Of a stretch of 64,000 nucleotides of DNA, positions 12,906-25,484 are shown in pieces. Source of the DNA: Octopus sinensis (lineage: Eukaryota); assembly GCF_006345805.1 (NCBI RefSeq), contig NW_021833241.1:24329-88328 (forward strand), given 5' to 3'. Each line of letters opens with the position of its first letter. The stretch's first letter is position 1. The notes beneath the pieces are model-generated. The model did no database searches, was not told the origin of the DNA, and was given only the letters and a program-made list of their open reading frames with translations. The translations under genes were made by a program, and so were the position numbers.

Positions 12906-13393
12906 TTTAAAGTAACTTACAAAACGGGTCTTCCACTTACTGTGAACTTCATTGTATTTCTAGCAATAAAGTACGACATGTTTCAAAACGTGCACAACTC
13001 ATCTTCGGCAGTTCTCAGTTCTTGAAAATTCCCATAAATGGTGTAAATTAACAACATGCAAATCGATTCTGTTTAATATAAAACTTGTTCATTACACGGA
13101 TCGCATCTCTCTTCGACATCCTTTCATAGTAGCTAGACCTGTTGATTTCCAAACTCTATTTCGTTTTTCTACCTTTTTTTCTTATCTTCTCCCTCATGCC
13201 CTGAATCAGTACACCCAATCTGTCCTTTTTATCATGTGTCATAAGCAACTGTCTCTTTTTTCTGCAGAAAGCTGCACTACAAAGACCAGTTTGCACCGCA
13301 CTAAAAATCTCCATCTAATTCGCTCGTTGAATGTTGCATATAGCGCACTCTACCTTTGTCCAATACGACTTGGAGGACTTTTCTTGATTCGCT

Positions 13394-13394
13394 G

Positions 13395-13471
<77 letters not shown>

Positions 13472-13512
13472 CATAATCATAATAATAATAATAATAATGA
13501 TAATAATGATAA
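13394..13512. repeat. (ATA)n trinucleotide microsatellite
   Basis: Direct reading. Confidence 0.97.
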
Positions 13513-13844
13513 AAAAAACTCACTCGCTTCGTATTCAAATTCTAGACTATCAAATGTCAACGGAAAAAGAAATATCCTCACCCACAGAGATACACCCAAT
13601 AATATAACTGGTAATGCCTCTAGTGTATATTTACACTATGTGTTTCATACACGAAACAGCGGCTTCATACAAACAACTGCCGCACTTCTCTTTGAGGTAA
13701 ACCAATTTAAGGAGATTATATCTTTCCCTTTTCCGTAATAATTATCCAATCAGCCCGTTTGAGTCTATCGCAAATATCGTTCGGAAGCCCTCTGACACTG
13801 TAACTACCACACAATATAACACACAAACACGCGCGCACAGTGAG

Positions 13845-13887
<43 letters not shown>

Positions 13888-14092
13888 TGTGTTTTAACAA
13901 TTATAGACATTGATAGCGTGTATATAGTTCTATATCTGGGTTTTATTAAACCTCAGCAGAAATGACAGGCGTCCACCATTGAAAGACTAAGTGGAGCTGA
14001 CAGGGAATATTCTGGAAAGTAAAGTAAAGCAACATACAAGAAAGAAATAGGAAATAGGGTGATGTATGCCGAGGAATTAATATACACACATA

Positions 14093-14356
14093 TTACTACT
14101 ACTACTACTACTACTACTACGACTACTAACAATACTACTAATACTACTATAACGTCCACTACTACTATTGCTGCTGCTGCTACAATAACTACTACTGCTA
14201 CTACTGCTACTAGTACTGCTACTACTGCTGTTAGTATTACTACTACTACTAATACTAATACAACTACTACTACTACCACTACTTCTGCTACTACAACTAC
14301 TAATACTACTACTACTAATGATAATAATAATAACATTACTACTGCTTCTACTACTA

Positions 14357-14395
<39 letters not shown>

Positions 14396-14620
14396 TTGTT
14401 ACTAATACTGTTGCTAGTCTTGCTGCTATGACTACTTGTACTACTACCAATACCGCTGTTGCTGCTGCCTTACCCTTCTTGGTGGTAATAATAAATATTA
14501 CTGTTGTTGCTGTGGCTACTACCACTAGGACTACTACTGCTGCTGCTGGTGCTACTGCTGCTGCTCTTCTAACCATTAGTCCAGTTGCTGCTGCTGCTGC
14601 GTTGATGGTTTTGTTGCTGA
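14093..14620. repeat. Degenerate (ACT/GCT)n trinucleotide tract
   Basis: Direct reading; gives poly-Thr/Ala on + and poly-Val/Ala on -. Confidence 0.9.
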
Positions 14621-14739
14621 TTTTGCTTCTTAAATGAAGACAAAAGAAAAATGTTGGTGTTCGAGATGATCATGATGGTGGTGTTGGTGGTGGCGAGGAT
14701 AATGTAGAAATGACGAAGACTAAAAGAACATTAACCTTC

Positions 14740-15241
14740 ACCACAACCACCACCACCACCTTCACCATCACCAGCAACACAACTATCAATACCAGTACTA
14801 CCGCCGCCGCCACCACCACCACCACCACCGCTACCACCATCTCCACCAATTCTAGCAGAGAAGGAAAACCGTCGCAGCTACCACCGCCGCACCTCCACCA
14901 CCACCGCACCACCACCACCACCACCACCACCACAACCACCACCACCACCACCATCACCACCACCACCACCAGCAACACAACTATCAACACCATTACTATC
15001 GCCAAAGCCACCACCATCACCACCACCACCACCACCACCATCACCACCAATTCTAGCAAAGAAGAAAAAACCGTCGCCGCCGCCGCTGCACTACCACCAC
15101 CACCACCACCGCACCACCACCACCACCACCACCACCAACACCGCACCACCACCACCACCAGCAACACAACTATCAACACCATTACTATCGCCAAAGCCAC
15201 CACCATCACCACCACCACCACCACCACCACCACCACCACCG

Positions 15242-15281
<40 letters not shown>

Positions 15282-15285
15282 CCAA
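14740..15285. repeat. (ACC)n/(AAC)n tract with a ~190-200-bp higher-order repeat
   Basis: accagcaacacaactatcaa recurs at 14770, 14968 and 15157. Confidence 0.9.
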
Positions 15286-15627
15286 AAGCAACAGCAAGAA
15301 CAAATCATCTACAAAGCGAACCAGAAGTACAAGAAGAAGAAGCTGCAATGCCGCAGTAGAAATGGTGAGGAGGTAGCTATAAACGGGAGAGAGAGAGAGA
15401 GAAGTCAGCAGAAGGGCATCTTTCAACAGCTACCTACCTATCATTTTCATACGATTCTAAAAGATGAAACAAAATTGGTTATATACGCCGCCAGTCTTTA
15501 AGGTCGTAGAAAAGATAGAGATCTATTCCATCCACACGTCTAAACTCTATGTAACTAATACATCGAGCTACTTATTTCTTCCATGCCTTTACGTTTTATA
15601 TAGATTTATACACACATATATATTTAT

Positions 15628-15673
<46 letters not shown>

Positions 15674-15808
15674 TATACACACATATATATATATATAATA
15701 TGTACTTTTCTGGGGTTTTTTATTCTACGTCTTACATAAAAGTTTTCTTTTATTATTATTATCGTTCATTATATCTTTGGCAAACGTTACTATAATTTTC
15801 AGATTATG

Positions 15809-15869
<61 letters not shown>

Positions 15870-16544
15870 TATATATACATGCATACGTATTTCTGGCCTG
15901 TTTTCATTTCCTTGCTTCTTGCCTTCGTCTTCCCTTTCTTTAGCCATAGTTCGTTTACAGGCAAATCCAGGCCAGACAAGAAAGTTCAGAATTAGTTCTC
16001 CCTCTCTCTGTCTCTCTCTTTCTCTCTTTCTCTCTCTCTCATTTTTATAAATACTTTCCCTAATTTCGTAGATTTCCAACCAATTCTGTTAAATAGAATT
16101 TATATTCTTGCTATAATACATTTTTTCTTTTTCCTTCGAAATTTCCTATGCATCTTAATGTAAAAGCAGAATTTTCTTCAGCAGTTGTTTTTTTTTTTTT
16201 TACTTTTAACGTCTTAGATTTTTATTATTTTTCCCTGATTCTTATTCTTATTTGTTTTCCCTTTCCATTTCATTCTCGATGCTGAAATGGATGTTTCCTG
16301 CGGGTTAATTTCGTAAGGGTAATGAGATATAGGCGACAGAATAGGCTTGAATAGCATATTCACGGCGCATTATGTAAGGATCACGGCTATTATGAAGGAC
16401 AAAAGAGTGGTTGAGCAAATTTGAGAGTATATCGACCCCAGAGGCAAGAGTTTATTGCTTAATTTTTTTTTTTTTTTTACCGATGTAATTCTACAAATCG
16501 TGTAACACCAATAGTATTCAAAATCAATGCAACACTTCACAGAC

Positions 16545-16909
16545 TTCAGTCCCACTGCGTGGCACCTTGGACAAGTGTCTTCTACTATAGCCTTGGGCCG
16601 ACCAAAGCCTTGTGAGTGGATTTGGTAGACGGAAACTGAAAGAAGCCCGTCGTATAAATGTATATATATAAATATATATATATGCGTGTGTGTGTTTGTG
16701 TGTCTGTGTTTGTCCCCCCTAGCATTGCTTGACAACCGATGCTGGTGTGTTTACGACCCCGTCACCTAGTGGTTCGGCAGAAGAGACCGATAGAATAAGT
16801 ACTGGACTTACAAAAGAATAAGTCCCGGGGTCGAGTTGCTCGATTAAAGGCGGTGCTCCAGCCTGGCCGCAGTGAAATGACTGAAACAAGTAAAAGAGTA
16901 AAAGAGAGT
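16545..16909 (+). mobile_element. SINE family A, 5'-truncated
   Basis: Begins at the B-box (ttcagtcccactgcgtggcacc) and ends with the aaaagagt tail. Confidence 0.9.
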
Positions 16910-17607
16910 ATGTGCTGAAGCTTTGTGAAACCGGTTATGCACACTGGTCTTCCTACAGCTCAAAATAAAAACCATTATTTAAATGATTCAGGAAAAAATT
17001 ATTTTTATTTATTTTAATTATTTATGTATTTATTTGTATATAACAACAAATCCTTAAATACATCTTACGAATTAATATATCGTAAAACAAAATATAGAAT
17101 CTTAATTCATGATTGATGCAACGTCATACTCACTCAAATATCAAACTAAATCAAGTTCAATTGAATTTCTATTGTTCATGGTACATAATACACAGTAATT
17201 CTGATGTTTGGTAAACATGTACCCAAGTCTATCAGATCTCTGCCTTCGTCATAAATACGGAACGTATTGCTCTTTGTTTAAATCACTTTCGAACAAGGCG
17301 TGAAAACCAGTGAATGCCAGTCGGAATAAAATTTTCCTTCGCACAGAATGAATGGACGAAAACGTCGTATTCAATTATTCATAGTAAATGACTTATTAAC
17401 ATAATTCCCGTCAACGTATTTAAGTAGATCGGTTCAACGACGATCGACGCGAGATGTCGTAAAGGAGGCTTTGGAAAATTAAGTTGATAACCGTCTAGTA
17501 GTTAAACGCACGTAAATAAGAAAAGTCGCTTCTGGCGTCGTTGATAATTAACCCTATATCAAGTTCACCCATTCCTACATTTAAATTTCTATCACATACA
17601 GCTAAGA

Positions 17608-17919
17608 TAGTGGAGGCGCAATGGTTAGGGCAGCGGACTCACGGTCGGAGGATTGCGGTTTTGATTCCCAGACCGGGCGTTGTGTGTGATTATTGAGCGA
17701 AAACACCAAAAGCTCCACGAGGCTCCGGCAGGGTGTGGTAGCGAACCCTTTTGTACTCTTTCGCCCCAAATTTATCTCACTCTTTCTTCCTGTTTCTTGA
17801 GTAACGATGCGATGGACTGGCGTCCCGTCCAGCTGGGGGGAACACCTACGCCATAGAAACCGGGAAACCGGGTCCATGACCCTGGCTATGCTTGAAAAGG
17901 GCGCATAAATAAAAATAAA
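17608..17919 (+). mobile_element. SINE family B1
   Basis: Homologous to 12174-12497; 10-bp TSD acagctaaga at 17598-17607 and 17920-17929. Confidence 0.92.
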
Positions 17920-18099
17920 ACAGCTAAGACATTATTTCCAGTATCTTTCACTGTTAATGTGTTTCGATGTAATTTATAGGGCATATCCTTTCTATTTCTA
18001 GCTTTTGGGGAGACCCTGTCGAGACACATTTGTGAGCGTGTAATAATAATCATCTAGTGAGCCTATTTGTATGTAATGGTATGTATGGATCTTTTATGA

Positions 18100-18290
18100 G
18101 TTTCAGTCACTAAAGTACGGCCATGCTTGGGCATGGCTCTGAAGAACATTCAGTGTCATGAATCGACTCAGTACTTAACTGTTATTTAAGCCTGGTACTT
18201 ATTTTATCGGATCATTTTTGCTGAACCGCTAAGTTACGTGGACGTAAACAAATAACATCAACTTTGCAAGCTGCAGTGGGAGACAAAGAC
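18100..18290 (-). mobile_element. Diverged SINE family A 3' fragment
   Basis: tttcagtcac...ggccatgct...gaaccgctaagttacg...gacaaagac matches the family A 3' half. Confidence 0.7.
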
Positions 18291-18357
18291 GCAAAATTGA
18301 TTTAAAACGTCATTCGAATTATGCATCGCTTTTTAGGTTGACGCCGTATATCAAGTA

Positions 18358-18741
18358 CTAGCAGTACCACCCGTCGTTACTCGAGTTTGTTTCGACCCTT
18401 TAGAATTGAAATTTGTGAAAAGTAAACAAATTGCATTATGTAGCTTGTTATTCTTTTTAAGTGAACATTTTTCTGGTTGAAATACACCGAAAAATAGCGA
18501 CACAGCAGTAAAAAAATCGTAAAAAATAGGGATTTTCATAGAAAAAAGCACCTTTTTAAATAATTGTTGGTGTTAACATGGTCCGATTTGAATATTTTCT
18601 TCTACGGAAGGAAAAGCAATCTTTCTTCTATTATATTCTCAATTTTGGTCAACTTGCACCGCAGGGTTTAGGAGGAGATAGTGTTAGTTGAAGGCTACCA
18701 AACCTGCCACACACAGACAACTTCAGCTTTATATACAGAGA
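18358..18741 (-). mobile_element. Non-autonomous Helitron (family H2)
   Basis: A|TC...CTAG|T termini on the minus strand, degenerate hairpin ctcgagtaacgacggg; interior differs from H1. Confidence 0.75.
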
Positions 18742-19392
18742 GATTAGCGTATACGATCTAACTTTATATCTAATGACATTCACGTTTCGACGAGCAATTA
18801 TGGATTCAATACGATCGATGAAGTTAGTTGAAGGTGATACCACTGTATGAATGCAATCCAACGACAGAAATCAAGGTAAAACCTAACTGTTGGTGTGAAG
18901 CTCCGTTTAAACAATTGCCGATACGAGTGATAAGTAATTATTCAATTTTTAAACATGGTAGATTTAATATGACACATGTATTTACTGACGAAATTGAACA
19001 ACGAATATCAAAGTGAGTGATTGCTAAAGATTAAATACCAAATCTACAAAACAAATAATAGAAAGTTTCAACAAAAAAATGCACAATGTCTAGACTAGAA
19101 TCGATTAAGAAATTTTGACTTTGTTAATTTCACGACAGCCAAAGTAGACGTGACTAATGCTGTGCGAAAAAGCGGTTTAAGACGTCAATGGAATTATGTT
19201 AAAATTTTATTAGTTACTGCAATCGGATTTCGCACAGAAAGACGGAGTCGTAAAACTAATTCTCAACAAAGAGAAATCGTAAAAACTGGAAAACATGCAA
19301 TGAAGATCATCCCTCGAAAATTACTTCTTCGTATCACATGCCGTCCACTTAAAATTCCGAAAAACACACTTAAAATATGTGTATGTATGTGA

Positions 19393-19549
19393 AGGAGGTG
19401 AGTCGCGGTAAGTAGCTTGTTTACCAACCACATGGTTCTGGGTTCAGTCCCACTGCGTGGCACCTTGGGCAAGTGTCTTCTACTATAGCCTCCGGCCGAC
19501 CAAAGCCTTGTAAGTGGATTTGGTAGACGGAAACTGAAAGAAGCCCGTC

Positions 19550-19610
<61 letters not shown>

Positions 19611-19826
19611 TGTGTGTGTTTGTGTATCTGTGTTTGTTCCCCTAGCATTGCTTGACAACCGATGCTGGTGTGTTTAAGTCTGCCGTTACTTAGCGGTTCG
19701 GCAGAAGAGACCGATAGAATAAGTACTGGGCTTACAAAAAGGATAGGTCCCGGGGTCGATTTCCTCGATTAAAGTCAGTGATCCAGCACGACCGCAGTCA
19801 AATGACTGAAACAAGTAAAAGAGTAT
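19393..19826 (+). mobile_element. SINE family A, full length
   Basis: Complete head, internal (TA)n/(TG)n and 3' half. Confidence 0.92.
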
Positions 19827-20157
19827 CCCTGCTAGTGCCCGGAATCTTTTTGCTGTGCGTGTGGTGCATTATGGTGGAATTATTCGTCGATTTCACAAAA
19901 GTCGACAGTTTTGTCAAGTCTGTGTCTTTAATTATAAGATATGCGCTCACAGAATGAATGCTAGAATGCTGCATTGCTTTTCTTAGAGATAATGGGATTC
20001 ATAATTGAATTTTTATGCTGGTTTTTTTTTTGTGGATGGCTATATTTATATGTTGGTTTGGTCAAGATTAAATCTTTCTCTACATATTTCTCTGAGAGTG
20101 AATTTTATATTTCACACGATGAACTGTTTTTTGTTTCGGTGAGATTGAAAACTGTAT

Positions 20158-20490
20158 ACTCTTTTACTCTTTTACTTGTTTCAGTCATTTGACTGCGGCC
20201 ATGCTGGAGCACCGCCTTTAGTCGAGCAAATCAACCCCGGGACTTATTCTTTGTAAGCCCAGTACTTGTTCTATCGGTATTTTTTGCCGAATCGCTAAGT
20301 GACGGGGACGTAAGCACACCAGCATCGGTTTCCAAGCAATGCTAGGGGGACAAACACAGACACACAAACACACACACGCATACATATATATACATATATA
20401 CGACAGGCTTCTTTCAGCTTCCGTTTACCAAATCCATTCACAAGGCATTCGTCGTCCCGGGGCTATAGTAGACACACAAACACACACACG

Positions 20491-20565
<75 letters not shown>

Positions 20566-20738
20566 CATATATACGACGGGCTTCTTTCAATTTCTGTCTA
20601 CCAAATCCATTCACAAGGCATTGGTCGGCCCGGGGCTATAGCAGAAGACACTTACCCAGGATGCCATGCAGTGGGACTGAACCCGGAACCATGTGGTTGG
20701 TTAGCAAGCTACTTACCACACAGCCACTCCTGCGCCTA
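20158..20738 (-). mobile_element. SINE family A with an internal partial duplication
   Basis: acgac[a/g]ggcttctttca...ggggctatag occurs twice (~20400 and ~20573), separated by a microsatellite. Confidence 0.9.
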
Positions 20739-20769
20739 TACTGTTGGAATATATGATTGCATCTTATAT

Positions 20770-21127
20770 CTTTTACCTGTTTCATTCATTCGGATGTGGC
20801 CATACTGGGACAGCGACTAATCGATACCAGGACTTATATTTAAGCCTGATACTTATTCTATTGAGTTATTTTTGCCGAACCGTTAAGTTGCTCGCAGGTA
20901 AACACAACGCCACCAGTTGCCGAAAGGTGGTGGAGACAAACACAAACTCAACTGCACACACACATGTACATACACATATATACGTCAATCAAATCCACTA
21001 ACAAAGCATTGGTCAGTCCGAGGCTATAGGAGATGACATTTGTCCAAGGTAGCCTCGCAGTAGAACTGAACCAGGTACCATGAGGTTGTGAAGCAAGCGT
21101 CTTACTACACAGCTACTCCTACGCCTA
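20770..21127 (-). mobile_element. Older, diverged SINE family A copy
   Basis: Colinear with, but degenerate relative to, 3051-3460. Confidence 0.8.
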
Positions 21128-21269
21128 TGTTTATATATGATTTTTCCTTATAAGGTAAAATGTTGTTCATCTTGTATTATATGGAATAGGATATCTGCGG
21201 GCTGTTTTAGCATGGGATTTACTTTAGTAAAGAATCTGATGCAGGTTGGGATTATCTTTAACTTTAAGG

Positions 21270-21435
21270 ATTATGTTTAGATTTAGGTTAGATTTATGGT
21301 TAGAGTTATGTTCGGATTTACGATTAGAGTGAGTTTTAGAGCAAGGGTTTAGAATTGGCGTTAGGTTTTAGGGTTAGAGTTCAGTCTTAGAGCGAGAGTT
21401 TCGTGTTAATTTTAGGGTTACGTTTAAGGTTAGAT
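21270..21435 (+). repeat. Degenerate TTAGGG-like hexamer tract
   Basis: Units such as ttaggt, ttagag, ttaggg and ttaagg recur at roughly 6-bp spacing. Confidence 0.65.
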
Positions 21436-22571
21436 TGCTCCCTAAAGAATAAATAACCAGGTTGATCACGCACCAAAATGGCATTGACTAAGGTAAATAG
21501 AAATTTGGTTATCTTTTTAATAAACTTTCAATTCCGTTTACGTCATTTTCAATGTGTGTGTGTATTTATGCGCGCGTGTGTGTATATATATGTATGTGTG
21601 TATTTATGCGCGCGTGTGTGTATATATATGTATGTGTGTGTTTCTGCGCGTGTGTCTATGTGTGTGTTTGTATGAGCGTGTTCTTGTGCGTGTGCCTATA
21701 GTTACGAAAATTGTTTTGAAAGTGTTTTAAATTCTGTTCATTTTTGAAAGAGTTAATTCTGATATCTGCTGTGTTTTGGGCTTACACCGATGTAAAAATC
21801 TCAATCTATCATTTACTTTAATTTCTTTTACTTATGTAGCATATCTAACCTCTTACAAAATCTATACTATACTCTCCAATGTTATTTAACAATAATTGCC
21901 ATTTAATGTGTACTTAACTTATGAGGTTTTCATAACATTATTTCATATTATATTATCAAGCATTCGTAAGAAATTATTCGTTCCATTCTTTAACAATACT
22001 TTAATATCGTACGAATTCTTATTGGTGTTTTCATATCATAATTCCATTTTCTCAAAGCACTTCAAATGTTTTTAATAACAATTCAAGGCATACAAATATA
22101 AACACAACTAAATTTGTCGCATCTCTGTTAATATTGATCATATTTCAAGAGGCTCTTAAATTTCCTTTGTAAAATACGTTTTTCTGAGACAGCGTAAAAA
22201 CAAACTATTGTCAAATATGACCATTCTAAAATTAATTCGAATACATACATACGTACACACATGTATGTATGTCTGCGTACACACACACATGCTCACACAC
22301 ATACAAACACACACACATACACACACAAATATTAATATCTGTTTTAAAAACCATTTTACATAAATCTCACGGTTTACTCTTATACGTTTGTAAAACAATG
22401 ATTTATTATTCTTAAGTGCAAAATGGTCTTCACAATGGCTTCGAAGTTTCAGTCACTTAACCCAGTTGGGGGATAGCTCTGTTGGCTTAAATTTCGAAGT
22501 CACTGACAGCAGCATTCTTCTTTCAGAAAAACAATGTATATATGTATACATATATATATATAATATATATA

Positions 22572-22605
<34 letters not shown>

Positions 22606-22606
<1 letters not shown>

Positions 22607-22672
22607 GGATATCTGACTCGCTAGAAAGAGCAGTTAAAAACTCCAAGCTCTTTCTAGCGAGTCAGATATCCT
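22606..22672. repeat. Perfect 26-bp inverted repeat with a 15-nt spacer
   Basis: aggatatctgactcgctagaaagagc (22606-22631) is the exact reverse complement of gctctttctagcgagtcagatatcct (22647-22672). Confidence 0.97.
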
Positions 22673-23176
22673 GTTCTTCGGGTAACTCTTTTGTGTTTGA
22701 AAGTACACTGTATTCTTCTTTGAATAATATATAGTCTATTGACTATTTTTTTCTTTCTCGCTAGACCACTGGTAACTAAGAATTTTTCAAAGAGTATTCT
22801 TGTTACCGTAAGATTTTAATTAATGATAAAATGTTATATATATATATATATATATAAAAGTAAAAAAATGGTACAAGGCACCGATATTTACTGGGAAATA
22901 GCAAACGTAATAAATACGAGGCTATAGTATAGCTTCACTGCGTATATACTAGCAAAGATGCGTGTGTGCAACATACGTGAAAACAGTTTGTCTTACCTCT
23001 AGCGAGAACATCTGAAAAGCGGAAAACCTAGAATCGGATAATGCAAGACCGGTTTCAGACTCTTCAAGTACGTTTGACAACGTAGATTTGTTTTGTCTTC
23101 ATCAGCTGCATATACCTAGACAATATTTCAAATGTTGCCACATCTATGCCAGTACGCTCGTCTGAACGCCAAAACG

Positions 23177-23230
<54 letters not shown>

Positions 23231-24043
23231 ATACGTGTGTGTTCTGTATGTGCTTGTGTGTATATGTGTGTATCTGTGTATGAATGTATGTGTGTGTGTG
23301 TGTGCGCGCGTGCTTGTGAATCTATTTCTTCTTCGACAGTCTCCATGTACAATCGGTTGTCGAAGCGGTTATGTAAATATTTGGAAATGCTCATTTTGCC
23401 AATAATCTCACGTACTCTTTGACTTTCACTTCAACGTTACTGCTATTAGCTATTGGTACTTCTATCGCATCTCTTTCGTCGCCCATTCTGTAACCCCTTC
23501 AAAGAACGTTTATTCTTCCCTGTGTTTATAGACAAAAATGATGATAATAATAGGGTGTAGAAAGGAGGGTTCTTTGTGGTTCTCGTCACTATTTATGATT
23601 ATGCTTAAAAATACTTTTTTAACGTAATATATAGATGTAATCTTTGAAGCTGAATCCGAATTTGTCATTTATTTATTCCCGAAAAATGTTGCGAAAATGT
23701 TGCCGGTGTTCAGAGTTTGATCATTTTCGGAATTTTCAGCCAATAAGAAAACAGCACGTTCATTGCCTCTTCCATTATCGCAATAACAGTCACAACATTA
23801 AAATATATACAAATGAAGTTATTTTTAAAACATTTGCGAGTAAATTAAATATTTCAAGCTAAGAACCAACAAACCAACAGGAATTGCTAGAAATAACAAT
23901 AAAAACATTGTTTAAAACAGACATGCATTAGTAAAAGATATTCAAGAACGAACGTTTGTAATACACTTTAGGATTTTACAAAATAAACTCGCTGGCACCG
24001 TGCCGTCAAAAATAACGGCTAATTGTAGTCTTCTATATATAAA

Positions 24044-24341
24044 CTAGCAGTATCGCCCGGCGTTGCTCGGGTTTGTAAGGGAAATAACTATATAAGCATT
24101 TTTAGAAAGTTACTTCCCTTATATAATAGCAAAAAAATGCATTAAAATGGGAAAAAATGATGGTAATTTTTTTTTTAAATCGTAGACTCATCGTAGACGC
24201 GCGCTAATACCCAGAAGGGCTGGATATGAATCACGACTATAAGATACCTGCTTTTGATTAAACTGCACCGCAAAATGTGGGAGTAGTTAGGAATCTAAAT
24301 CGTAGGATACAGACACAAAACTTCACTTTTATATATAAAGA
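24044..24341 (-). mobile_element. Non-autonomous Helitron H1, internally deleted
   Basis: Same termini as 3673-4067; lacks the ~100-bp segment bounded by repeated tttttaga. Confidence 0.85.
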
Positions 24342-24859
24342 TATCGAATGTAAATCAAATTAATACAATTGTGAATGTTACATAATGGTTGTCTTTACAG
24401 ACACATACACACACACGCACACACACATACACACACAAACATTCACAAACTGTCCTTTTACATACAGACACATGTATGCTACTTACCATACAGTCACTCC
24501 TACACTGTCGAACTATTTAGAAAAGTTTTAGTATAAGTGAATCTAAAAACAAAAGTAGTAGAAAAGTCAGGAACTTACTCAAAATCTCTGACCATAGAAC
24601 ATACCCTTTTGGAAGAAACATCTGTCATGATTAAAAACTTTATAGTGTGTAAGATAAGCACCCAGTTAAACAGTTAAACTAGAAATGCAATCTTTAGAAT
24701 GTGCAGAAACATTGCAGTGATATATATTTGAGAGTCAACCTGTTGTGTATGAGAGAGGGATAATTGCGATAACTGAAGAAAGTGAACGGGACGTAGGTGC
24801 CACACTAAACAAAGCTAGAATATAAGGATACAATATATAATAGAGATGTAAACACCCCT

Positions 24860-25272
24860 ATTTATTTATTGCCTACAAGGGGCTAAACATAGAATGGACA
24901 AACAAGGACAGAAAAAGGGGATTAAGTCGATTACATCGACCCCAGTGCGTAACTGGTACTTAATTTATTAACCCCGAAAGGATGAATGGCAAAGTCGACC
25001 TCGGCAGAATTTGAACTCAGAACGTAGCGGCAGACGAAATACCTATTTCATTACTACCCACAAAGGGCTAAACACAGAGGGGACAAACAAGGACAGACTA
25101 ATGGATTAAGTCGATTACATCGACCCCAGTGCGTCAGTGGTACTTAAATTACCGACCATGAAAGGAAGAAATGCAAAGTCGACCTTGATGGAATTTGAAC
25201 TCAGAACGTAACGGCAGGCGAAATACGGCTACGCATTTCGCCCGGCGTGCTAGCGTTTCTGCCACCTCGGCG
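24860..25272 (-). mobile_element. SINE family C, tandem dimer
   Basis: One tRNA-like head (ggcagaaacgctagcacgccgggcgaaatgc) followed by two body units. Confidence 0.88.
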
Positions 25273-25484
25273 CCACCCTTTCCACACAGAAAACCGAGTC
25301 GACAGTGTGACAAAATATGGAGGCCGCACACATGATAAAATGTCTGAGACAAGAGGACTGGGTTTGTCCTACACCATCGTTTCATGACCGGTATTGGTGT
25401 GGTTACGTCCCTGTAACATGGCAGTTTGGCAAATGAGATCGATAGAATAATCACCAGTTTTGTCATTCATTTATTCACCAGGAA

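Noticed and set aside
13740-13800. FAIDSNGLI, a cadherin-like peptide on the minus strand
   Set aside because: Immediately followed by a stop; no other cadherin motifs (DxD, LDRE, DxNDN).
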